Part shown: one piece after another, positions 27,708 to 35,681 of the stretch
How the letters are laid out: each line of letters begins with the position of its first letter
Numbering within the stretch: position 1 is the first letter of the stretch
Notes under the pieces: generated by a model
What the model saw: the letters and a program-made list of their open reading frames with translations, nothing else
What the model was told of the DNA's origin: nothing
Database searches by the model: none
From: Pseudomonadota bacterium
Lineage (GTDB): Bacteria; Myxococcota; JACRCW01; JAFGSX01
Assembly (NCBI GenBank): GCA_043821645.1
Contig: JBDRCO010000139.1
Location: 1 to 35,681 of the forward strand
Length of the DNA stretch: 35,681 nt
Reading direction: 5' to 3'
Program-made: the position numbers and the translations under genes

Positions 27708-28562
27708 ATGCTCGTCGGTGCTGTGGGAGTTCTGTGGATCCTGTGCGGCCAGCTCGACGCGGCGCCCGCGGCCAGCGCCACGGCGACCCACCTCGGCCGC
27801 GGTCTGAGGCTGCTCGACCTGCAGGAGTTTGGCGAGGCGCGCGCCGCGCTGGAGCTGGCCCTCGACGACGGACCCTACGATCACGCCCAGGTGGTGGGAC
27901 TGTACCGGGGCCTGGGCCTGTCGCGGGCCTTCACGGGTGACGAGGACGGGGCGCTGTGGGCCTTCTCGCGCCTGCTGATCGTGGCGCCCGACGAGAGTCT
28001 GCCCTACACCACCTCACCCAAGGCCACCTTCGTGTTCGATCGCGCACGCATGGCCCAACGCCAGCAGCGCCCCGCCGAGATCCTCGTCGTCACCGAACCG
28101 GTCCTCGCCTTTGATCGGCCTGTGCTGTGCCGCGTCGAGCGGCGCAGCGATCCCCTCGCCGCGATGACCCACGCCGCCGTGCTGCACCGGCTGCAGGGCC
28201 AGGTCGATTACCAGACGCTGGAGCTGGAACTGCCACCGCCGGGGCAACGCCTCGACGTCACCTTGCCCGCAGTGCCGGGCGCGGCCGCGGTGGTCGACAG
28301 CCACGGAATCCCCGGCGCCATCCTCGAAATCGCGGTGGTGGCGCGCGATGCCCGCGGCTGGGAGATCTACCGCGGCCCGGATCCCGAGCGCCCCTTGCAG
28401 ATCCCGGTCGGTTTCAGCGAGAGCCGCGAGTGGTACACGCAGTGGTGGTTGTGGGGGCTCATCGGCGGCGGCGTGGCTGCCGTGACCACGGGCGCGATCG
28501 TGGCCGTGCTGCTGTGGCCTCTTCCGGATCGCATCCCTGCCAGCTACGAGGTGGTGCGATGA
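27708..28562 (+). CDS. Exported protein with TPR-like N-terminus, beta-rich domain and C-terminal TM anchor
   Basis: Signal-like N-terminus, GL...D..EF.EA..AL and A..AF.RLL...PD..L....SPK, and WYTQWWLW + TM helix. ATGA overlap with the next gene. Confidence 0.75.
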   Translation: MLVGAVGVLWILCGQLDAAPAASATATHLGRGLRLLDLQEFGEARAALELALDDGPYDHAQVVGLYRGLGLSRAFTGDEDGALWAFSRLLIVAPDESLPYTTSPKATFVFDRARMAQRQQRPAEILVVTEPVLAFDRPVLCRVERRSDPLAAMTHAAVLHRLQGQVDYQTLELELPPPGQRLDVTLPAVPGAAAVVDSHGIPGAILEIAVVARDARGWEIYRGPDPERPLQIPVGFSESREWYTQWWLWGLIGGGVAAVTTGAIVAVLLWPLPDRIPASYEVVR

Positions 28563-30592
28563 AAGCGTGGCGAAGCTGGCGGACTGCCGCTGCCCTGGCG
28601 CTGCTCGCGATCCTGTCCCTGGGCTGCCGTGGGCCCTCGATCACCCTCGAGGTCCGGCTCCCGGAGGACGCCGAGAAGCTCGAGCTCACCCTGACCGCCA
28701 CCCTGTACGCCCCCGGACCGCAGTCCGAGGTGACCTGCGAGGGCGTGGCCTACGGCGACTTCACGGATTCCGATCTGGCCTCCTCGCTGGTCGGCTCTGC
28801 CGATCTGAATCTGGACGGCGGAGATATCGGCGAGGTGCCGCGGCAGGGTCGCAAGCTGGTGGTGGTCCGCGCCTTTGACGGCGACAAGCAGCTGCGTTTC
28901 GCGGGCTGCGCCGAGCACGACGAAGACATCACGGCAGCGGTCAGGATCCCGGTCCAGCTCGAGGTCAGCTTCGAGATCATTGGCATCGGCTTCGATCCCA
29001 ATCTCGACCCACCACTGGCGGACTCGCTGGCAGCGGAGATCACGGCCGGACAAACGGCCCGCGCCAGCCCTGACATCCTGCTGCGCGTCGCCACCGTCGA
29101 CGGTCGAGTTCCGCCGACGACGAGCCCGGTACGGGTTCGGCTGGTGGGACCCGATGGCAGTTACGTCAATGCGAACACCGACGGTCATTTTCCCGTGCTG
29201 CTGTTTGACGAGCGCGGCAACGCGCGCCTCTCCGTCACCGTCGACCGCGCGGGGCCCTTCGCGGTGGAGCTGACGCCACGCTATGCGCCCGAGCCGCCGG
29301 GCCGCGAGATCGTGCGCGGTTTCGCCTCGCCAGCGCGACGGGAGGTCACACCTTTTGAACTGGACCGATTGCGCTGGCTGGTCCCCTTGCGGCTGGGAGC
29401 GGATGGCGCGGGCTTCGCGGGTCTGCAGCAGGACGTGGGCTATCGCCTGTCCATGGCCGTGGCCCGCCACGACGGCAACGCGCCCAGCTTCGAGGTCCAC
29501 CATCTCGACACCGGCCTGCTGCGACCGGTGGGCCAGGTCTACCTTCCCGCCGTCGACCAGGCCGCGCTGGTGGTGCAGCCCATGGGGATACAGGTGTCGC
29601 GCAGCCGCCCGGAGCTCCTCGTGGTGCGGCCCGGCAGCGGTGAGACCATCGAGCAGCTCACCCTGACCTGGACCGCCCAGGACGACCGCGAGCTCGAGCT
29701 GGTCGGCACGGCCCTGCCGGTCGGCCCCTGCGACGGTCGCAGTGCGCCGGGTGCCGATCGCGACGCCCCGCCGCTGCTGGTGAGCATCCTCAGCAGCCCG
29801 ACCACGAGCCGCACCCTGCGCCTGCTGCTGGCCGATGTCGACGGCAACTGGAGTTCCGATCTGCTGCACAGCTGTCCGCTCGGCGGAGCCTTCGCGGGAG
29901 TCCGCAGCTTCTGCGTCGCGGACGACGAGGGAGAGGTGCACCGCCTGCTCGAGTTGCAGGGCCTGGTGGCCAGCGACACCGTGCACCACATGCTGGACCT
30001 CGGCCGGGGCATCGTCGCGAGCGAGGTGTCCGGACCGGCGTCGGCGCTGTGCCAGCGCATCCAGAATGCCCCCAGCATGGACCTCGAGACCCTGCAATCC
30101 TTCGGGCCGGGTCGCTCGGCCAACGACGAGGCGCGCCTGCTCAGCACCTCCTTCGCCGGACTGAGGCTACAGCTCGAGGTGATGCGCGTGGGAGCACCGG
30201 GCCAGCGCGTCCTGGTGCGAGAAGAGATCCTGGTCGACAGCTTGCCGTCGCCGGCGGACCTGCTGCACGGTGGCGCCTTCGCGGCCGCGGGCAGCCGAGA
30301 CCTGCTGTCGACCTTCCAGCTCCGGGGCGCCGACGGCACGACGGCTCGCAGCATCGTGCTCAACCTGCTCGCCGAAGAAGGCGAGTGGCCCGAGGGTGAA
30401 CTGTTCGGAAGCATGCTGCTGCCGCCGTGCCGGCAGCTCGACAGTGCCCTCGGCGCCGTGACGCAGATGTGCTGGGTCACCGTGGTCGATCTCGACGGTG
30501 ATGAACGTGACGAGGTGCTGCTGGTGGTCGACAAGGGTCACGGCACGAGCAGCCAGTTCCAGCCCCTGCTGCTCAACTTCGGCAGTCCCTGA
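28559..30592 (+). CDS. Hypothetical lipoprotein with beta-rich repeats (FG-GAP-like DLDGDERDEV near the C-terminus)
   Basis: ATG overlaps the upstream TGA; lipobox LSLGC. Confidence 0.75.
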   Translation: MKAWRSWRTAAALALLAILSLGCRGPSITLEVRLPEDAEKLELTLTATLYAPGPQSEVTCEGVAYGDFTDSDLASSLVGSADLNLDGGDIGEVPRQGRKLVVVRAFDGDKQLRFAGCAEHDEDITAAVRIPVQLEVSFEIIGIGFDPNLDPPLADSLAAEITAGQTARASPDILLRVATVDGRVPPTTSPVRVRLVGPDGSYVNANTDGHFPVLLFDERGNARLSVTVDRAGPFAVELTPRYAPEPPGREIVRGFASPARREVTPFELDRLRWLVPLRLGADGAGFAGLQQDVGYRLSMAVARHDGNAPSFEVHHLDTGLLRPVGQVYLPAVDQAALVVQPMGIQVSRSRPELLVVRPGSGETIEQLTLTWTAQDDRELELVGTALPVGPCDGRSAPGADRDAPPLLVSILSSPTTSRTLRLLLADVDGNWSSDLLHSCPLGGAFAGVRSFCVADDEGEVHRLLELQGLVASDTVHHMLDLGRGIVASEVSGPASALCQRIQNAPSMDLETLQSFGPGRSANDEARLLSTSFAGLRLQLEVMRVGAPGQRVLVREEILVDSLPSPADLLHGGAFAAAGSRDLLSTFQLRGADGTTARSIVLNLLAEEGEWPEGELFGSMLLPPCRQLDSALGAVTQMCWVTVVDLDGDERDEVLLVVDKGHGTSSQFQPLLLNFGSP

Positions 30593-30677
30593 GGAGCCCC
30601 TTGTCGACGCCTGCCCAACCTGCCAAGGTGGGTGGCCCCGAGCGGGCCCGTACGGCCCAGGGAGCGCACTGCCCACG

Positions 30678-31826
30678 ATGCACGCGATCGAACACCGCCT
30701 GAGTCAGCAGATCCGGGACCTCGCAGGTCGCACACCCGGTCCGTTCTACATCTATGACCAGGCCACCCTGGTCAGGCAATGCCAGGCCTTTCTCGACATT
30801 CCCTACCCTGACAAGGCCATCCACTTCGCGTCCATGGCCAACAGCAATCCCGAGTTCCTGCGCCTGGTGCGCGCACAGGGGCTGCGGATCTTCGTCAACT
30901 CACCCGGTCACCTGGCCCTGGCCCGCGAGCTCGGCTTCGAGGGCCACGACATCGTGTACACCGCCAGCGCGATGGACGATGACCTGCTGCGACAGGTATG
31001 CGCCGCCGGTGCCATCCTCAATCTCGACTCGCTGGGTCAGCTGCAGCGCTTCCGCGCCCTGTTCCCGGGCGAGCGCGCTGGCCTGCGCTGCAACATCGGC
31101 GACCTGGTGGATCCGCGCCAGACCCGCGCCGGCTTCTTTCTGGGCCGGGAGAGCCGCCTGGGGCTGTCGTTGCCCGAGATCGAGAGCCTGGCCGGCAGCA
31201 CCGACATCGCCGGACTGCACCTCTACATCGGCACCGATCTGGTCGAGCTGGACTACTTCGAATCCTGCTACGAGGAGCTGGTGCGCCTGGCTCGACTGTT
31301 CCCGAACCTGTCGTACATGGACTTCGGGGGTGGCTTTGGCCTGCCGCGCGAGCAGGGTGATGGCTTCCCCATCGCGGACTACGGCCGCTACGTCAGCGCC
31401 CTCATGACCCGCCTGTCGACGGAACTCGGACGCAGCATCCGCCTGATCCTCGAACCCGGCCGCATCGTCGGCGGCGAGGCCGGGCTGTTCGTGTGCCGGG
31501 TCACCGACGTCAAGCAGCGCAACGGCACCCAGCTGGTTGGCGTCAATGGCTCCAGCGCGCAGTTCCCGCGACCGCTGTTCTATCCCGACGACGCCCGGCA
31601 CCCGGTGTCCGTTCTCAAGGCCGTGGGCCAGGTGAATGGCGACCCGCGCCAGAACTCGCGCATCTACGGCTGCTCCACCTACTCGCGCGACTTCCTGGCC
31701 CGGGACATCGAGCTGCCAGCCCTGCAGGTCGGCGACCTGGTGGTGTTCGGCCATGCCGGCTCGTACTGCTCCAGCGCCTACACCCATTTCCTGGGTTTCC
31801 CGCCGCCGCAGGAATTTTTCGTGTGA
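30678..31826 (+). CDS. Diaminopimelate/ornithine decarboxylase-fold (group IV) protein with a non-canonical active site
   Basis: PFYIYD, LDS..QL, SRLG, GLHLYIG, DFGGGFG, EPGR, GSY are present, but the PLP-Lys motif reads FASMAN. Confidence 0.8.
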   Translation: MHAIEHRLSQQIRDLAGRTPGPFYIYDQATLVRQCQAFLDIPYPDKAIHFASMANSNPEFLRLVRAQGLRIFVNSPGHLALARELGFEGHDIVYTASAMDDDLLRQVCAAGAILNLDSLGQLQRFRALFPGERAGLRCNIGDLVDPRQTRAGFFLGRESRLGLSLPEIESLAGSTDIAGLHLYIGTDLVELDYFESCYEELVRLARLFPNLSYMDFGGGFGLPREQGDGFPIADYGRYVSALMTRLSTELGRSIRLILEPGRIVGGEAGLFVCRVTDVKQRNGTQLVGVNGSSAQFPRPLFYPDDARHPVSVLKAVGQVNGDPRQNSRIYGCSTYSRDFLARDIELPALQVGDLVVFGHAGSYCSSAYTHFLGFPPPQEFFV

Positions 31827-31866
31827 GACCGCCCGGGCGCCGTCGTCGGACGCGCCGCAAAAGAAA

Positions 31867-33798
31867 TCAGCGCAGGTTGCGGATCGCGGTCATCTGCATG
31901 TCGTGGATGGCCTTCATGATGTTCGACAGCATGTCGAACACGCGCTGGCGCTCGTTGACCGCCATCTGCATGCGCTGCTGCAGCTCGACCTCGCTGGGCT
32001 TGCGATCTCCCGCAGGTGCCGCAGCCTCGCCCGGGGCGCCTTCGACGATGCTCGACGCTGCGGGAGCCTCGGCGACGGGTGCCCCCAGCTCGGCACCGGG
32101 TGCGCCGTCCACCTTCGGGGATGAAGGCAGGCTCTCGCTCTCTCCCGCCTTGGCCGCGGCGCGCCGGTTGGCTTCCTCGACGATGCCCGCAGCCGCATCC
32201 TTGGCGCGCGCGACCTTGCTGCCCAGGGGCTGGTCCGTGTTGACCTGCTTGAGGTTCTCGCCCGCGGTCGCCATGTCCATGCGCAGGGTCTTGAAGGGCG
32301 CCATCTTCTCCTTGAGCGAGAGTTCGGGCTTGTACATGGTGTCGACGATGAAGCTGGCGATCTTGTCCTCGAGCTTGTCGCTCTGACGCAGCTCCCGGGC
32401 CAGCTCGCCATTGAAGGGCGCGGGATCGCCGGGCGTGGCGCCGGCCTTGACGTCGAGAGGGCGGCCCAGCTGCTTGCTGGCCCACTCGTCGAGGGCAAAG
32501 TGTGCATTACCCGTGAGGGGCACGCCGCCCGCCTGCAGCGCCTTTTCCAGCGAACCGGCCATGACCTTCTGCACGTTCTCGGGCAGGCGCTCGAGGTAGC
32601 TCACCAGCTTGGTGGCCTCGTTGACCGTGACCTGGGCGCCGCCTTCGCTCTTGGCGGTGGTCATGTGGTGCGCCGACTGCACCATGGACTCGAGCACCTT
32701 GGAGGTCTGGGCCACGTCGCCCTGATTCAGGCTGCTGCCTGTTCCTCCCGTGCTGCCGGATCCGCCGGTGCTGTCCGTCGACCCACTGTCTCCCGTCACT
32801 CCGCCAGTGCTGCCGCCACCCGGAGGTAGCCTCGGCTGGTCCCCGGTCTTGGCCTCGCTGGCGCGGGCCAGCTCCTCCATTGCGGCCATCGCCTTTTTGT
32901 CGGCCTTGTCCGCGAGCATGATCAAGAAGGCAAACAGGATCTCCTCGAACGAGGCGCCCGAGGCGATGAGCAGGGACACGTAGCTGGCGCTGCCGGGCTG
33001 GGCCAGGCCCACGTCGGAGAAATCGCGATGGGCCATGGCGGATTGCAGGCCGTCGGGGCTCTGCGCCACGGCGCGGGTCAGCAGCTTGCGGCTATCGGGA
33101 TCGAGCTTGATCTTGCCTTCCTTTTGCAGCCCCAGGATGGACGCGTGGGCCATGTCGCGCAGCTCGGGCGGGGCATGCTTGTCCAGGTTCTGCATGACCT
33201 CCTTGAACTCGGCGCGCGGGATGGGGCGCGGGTGCGCCTCGTTGCGGGCCTTGGTGAAGGCCGCGGTGCGCTCGCTGCGTGTGGCCTGGGGCGCCGGCAG
33301 CTTGTCGACGGGAACGCCCAGGAACTGGGCAAAGGCCGAGGCCGCATCAGGTTCGCACACCCAGCCGTCCTTGGCGGTGAGCGCGCTGAGCACCTGGGCC
33401 TTGAGGTCCTTGAGCTGGGCTTCGGGGATGCCCTCGGCCTGCTTGATGATGGCCAGGGCCTCGGGGGCGGTGATGGTCTTGCCACCCTGGGAGCCACCGT
33501 CGAGGGCGCTCTTGATCTGGCCGATGACCTCGTGGGTCTTCAGCGCAGCGTCGGCCTGGGTCAGGGATTGTTCGATCTGCGCCCGCACATCCGCCGGCAG
33601 GTCCTTGGCCTGAGCCAGGCCCTTGCGCAGCTTGTTCAGCTCGGGGGCGGTGATGGTCAGGCCGCCGTCGGAGCCGGGATCCATGGCCTGCACCAGCTGC
33701 TTCTGCAGCTTCTCGTACTGCTGCAGCACCTTGGCGCTGGGCGCCTCGGGCTGGGTCTTGGGGGCGGTGGTCTTGAGCGAGGTCTTCTGGATCGCCAT
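31867..33798 (-). CDS. Large helical protein with a T3SS needle/EspA-like C-terminal helical hairpin
   Basis: GGAG RBS, no Sec signal, low-complexity N-terminus, C-terminus ELQQRMQMAVNERQRVFDMLSNIMKAIHDMQMTAIRNLR. The ORF is secure; the product is inferred. Confidence 0.55.
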   Translation of the reverse strand: MAIQKTSLKTTAPKTQPEAPSAKVLQQYEKLQKQLVQAMDPGSDGGLTITAPELNKLRKGLAQAKDLPADVRAQIEQSLTQADAALKTHEVIGQIKSALDGGSQGGKTITAPEALAIIKQAEGIPEAQLKDLKAQVLSALTAKDGWVCEPDAASAFAQFLGVPVDKLPAPQATRSERTAAFTKARNEAHPRPIPRAEFKEVMQNLDKHAPPELRDMAHASILGLQKEGKIKLDPDSRKLLTRAVAQSPDGLQSAMAHRDFSDVGLAQPGSASYVSLLIASGASFEEILFAFLIMLADKADKKAMAAMEELARASEAKTGDQPRLPPGGGSTGGVTGDSGSTDSTGGSGSTGGTGSSLNQGDVAQTSKVLESMVQSAHHMTTAKSEGGAQVTVNEATKLVSYLERLPENVQKVMAGSLEKALQAGGVPLTGNAHFALDEWASKQLGRPLDVKAGATPGDPAPFNGELARELRQSDKLEDKIASFIVDTMYKPELSLKEKMAPFKTLRMDMATAGENLKQVNTDQPLGSKVARAKDAAAGIVEEANRRAAAKAGESESLPSSPKVDGAPGAELGAPVAEAPAASSIVEGAPGEAAAPAGDRKPSEVELQQRMQMAVNERQRVFDMLSNIMKAIHDMQMTAIRNLR

Positions 33799-33994
33799 GA
33801 GATCACTCCTGGATGGCATGCACAGGGATGCCTGTTCCTTCTATCTCAATGGGTCGAAATTTGGGTGGCCGCGGGGCTGGAGATCTCCTGCAGCAGCCGC
33901 GAGGCCGGTGGCTGGGGGCGCGACTTGACGCCACAGCCCAGGGTCGCCAGCAGCACGCCCAGAAACAGCCAGCGCGCCGCGCACAGGCGCCTGG

Positions 33995-35230
33995 TCACTT
34001 GCTCGTCTTGTTGATGCGGAAGGTGTACAGCCGGCGGTCGCCCGAGGCGATGTACAGCACGTTGCCGTCAATCACGGGATCGGCCTCGATCTTGTAGCCG
34101 GTCTTGTATTTCCAGAACAGCTGGCCGCTGGTGCGATCGACCATGTAGACATGCTGGTCGTCGGTGCCACCGCCGAAGATGACCAGGTTCTGGTAAATCG
34201 CCGGGCGCGAGATCACCGGACCGGTGGTCGGGAACTTCCACTTCATCTCGCCGGTCTGGGAGTCGAGGGCATACAGGTTGCGGTCCACCCCGCCGATGTA
34301 GAGCAAGCCGTCGTCGGCGATGGAGGCCGAGCTGTTCACCTCGTCACCGGTCTTGAAGGTCCACTTGACGGCCTGGGTCTTCATGTCGATGGCGTAGACG
34401 TTGCCGTCGTTGCCGCCAAAGAACAGCACGCCGTCCTTGTACAGCGGCGATGAGGTCACGCCCTGCTTGCTCTTGACGCCGCCGGTGGCGAAGCGCCAGG
34501 CCAGCTTGCCGGTCGCCATGTCGATGGCATAGAGGTAGCCGTCGAGGTTGCCGACCACCACCTTGCCCTCGGCCAGGATGGGCGACGAATAGCTGAAGTC
34601 GCCGGGCTTGGGTCCGTCCGTGGGCAGCTCCACGGCGGGCTGGCTGGCCGCGGCACCTTTCTGAAGCGCTGCCGCACCGGTCGCGGGCTGGGTCGCGGGC
34701 TGGGGCTCCTCACCCTCGGGCGGTGTTGTTGCCTCGTCGTCCGCGGGCACGGGTTCGCCGCCGCGGTCCGGGTAGATCCACACCTTCTGCCGGTTCTTGA
34801 TCTTGAGCGCGTACACGTGGTCGTCGTAGCTGGTGAACACCACGGTGTCGCCGATGATGAGGGGATCGCTCTTGATGCGGTCCAGGGTGGCGTACTTCCA
34901 CACCTGCTTGCCGTTGAGGTCGAGGGCGTAGAAGTTGTGATTGGTGGAGCCGAAGAGCACCAGCTTCTCGGCAACCCGGGGCGCGCTGATCACGTCGCGG
35001 CGCGTGTTGAACTTCCAGCGGTACTTGCCCTCCTTGTCCAGGGCATGCACCTCACCGTTCTCACTACCGAAGATCACCAGCTCGTCGGTGACAGCCGGCG
35101 ACGAGTAGCAGGGAGCCGCAGACCAGTACTCCCACAGCTTCTCGACGGGGGGCGTACAGGCCACCAGACCCGCCAGCAGCATCCCCACAGACCCCAGCTG
35201 AACGGCTTGCGCGCGTCGCATGTTCCTCAC
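33995..35230 (-). CDS. PQQ-like beta-propeller repeat lipoprotein (BamB-like fold)
   Basis: Lipobox LVAC and about 8 SSP....V..G..DG..YA.D...G...W.F.T repeats. Start is GTG 35230 or ATG 35221. Confidence 0.88.
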   Translation of the reverse strand: MRNMRRAQAVQLGSVGMLLAGLVACTPPVEKLWEYWSAAPCYSSPAVTDELVIFGSENGEVHALDKEGKYRWKFNTRRDVISAPRVAEKLVLFGSTNHNFYALDLNGKQVWKYATLDRIKSDPLIIGDTVVFTSYDDHVYALKIKNRQKVWIYPDRGGEPVPADDEATTPPEGEEPQPATQPATGAAALQKGAAASQPAVELPTDGPKPGDFSYSSPILAEGKVVVGNLDGYLYAIDMATGKLAWRFATGGVKSKQGVTSSPLYKDGVLFFGGNDGNVYAIDMKTQAVKWTFKTGDEVNSSASIADDGLLYIGGVDRNLYALDSQTGEMKWKFPTTGPVISRPAIYQNLVIFGGGTDDQHVYMVDRTSGQLFWKYKTGYKIEADPVIDGNVLYIASGDRRLYTFRINKTSK

Positions 35231-35412
35231 CCCGGTCCCCTGTGGCCAACTGGAAAAACCAGAAAGATCTCGTTGCGCTGGCTGTATACCATGGCCTCGG
35301 TTCGGGGATCATCCCTTAACCGCATCCATGGTAAAAATGTCCCGACCGGGTCCAGGAATCCGCTATCTTGTTGGGACGAGATCAGGGGGTCGTGGTCCCA
35401 GGAGAGCGGCGC

Positions 35413-35681
35413 ATGGCGGAGCCCGGCACGGTCAACAGCTTCGGCATGGCCAGCTCCTTTGCGCACGAGCTGGCTGTGGGCCTGGTCCTTCCGGATCTCG
35501 AGAGCTACCGCCTGCTGGTGCACGAGCTGTACAAGCAGCCGTGGAACGCGCAGATGGAGTTCACCTATTGCCCGCCCTTGCTGCGCGGCACCAAGGAGAT
35601 CTCCCGGGCGCTGCGCATGGCCGGTGGCGCGCTCGACAAGTTCGACGTCTACCTCGAGCACGGCATCAAGAATCGCGACGT
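35413..35681 (+). CDS. Hypothetical protein, 5' part only (runs off the window)
   Basis: AGGAGAG RBS then ATG; open GC3-rich frame MAEPGTVNSFGMASSFAHELAVGLVLPDLESYRLLVHELYKQPW... Not in the ORF track because there is no stop codon in the window. Confidence 0.65.
   Translation, partial: MAEPGTVNSFGMASSFAHELAVGLVLPDLESYRLLVHELYKQPWNAQMEFTYCPPLLRGTKEISRALRMAGGALDKFDVYLEHGIKNRD

Noticed and set aside
30678-31826. Calling this gene lysA
   Set aside because: The catalytic Lys and CES motifs are missing, so housekeeping DAP decarboxylase activity is unsupported.
33995-35230. Calling the PQQ-repeat lipoprotein bamB
   Set aside because: The fold is shared by many paralogs and the usual yfgM/der context is absent.
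35227-35661. 144-aa minus-strand ORF
   Set aside because: Antisense to a better-supported plus-strand frame starting at 35413 with a strong RBS.

Overview
GC-rich bacterial window, most likely Myxococcota: two proteins end in MYXO-CTERM-like tails and several are Cys-rich lipoproteins. It is an accessory patchwork with no rRNA, tRNA or CRISPR. From left to right it holds the 3' end of an IS630-like transposase, a lower-GC GtrII-like membrane glycosyltransferase, a GH16 hydrolase with two CBM-like domains, and a two-gene unit: a ~1765-aa lipoprotein with a Tc-toxin-A-like C-terminal half plus a CSLREA/TSP3/MYXO-CTERM surface protein. Next come DUF1801, a beta-propeller MYXO-CTERM protein, a GT1 glycosyltransferase and small hypotheticals. 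Then nhaR sits divergent from an aeRF1-like (baeRF/Balon-like) gene and a GGDEF cyclase, followed by an effector-like putative peptidoglycan peptidase, a truncated DTW gene and a metallophosphoesterase. The right end has a TPR-like/lipoprotein pair, a LysA-fold protein lacking its PLP lysine, a protein with a T3SS needle/EspA-like C-terminus, and a PQQ-repeat lipoprotein. The best leads are the lipid-anchored TcA-like protein, the NhaR-linked release-factor homolog without the catalytic Gln, the non-canonical LysA, and the T3SS-like export candidates. All family calls come from reading motifs by eye; no searches were run.
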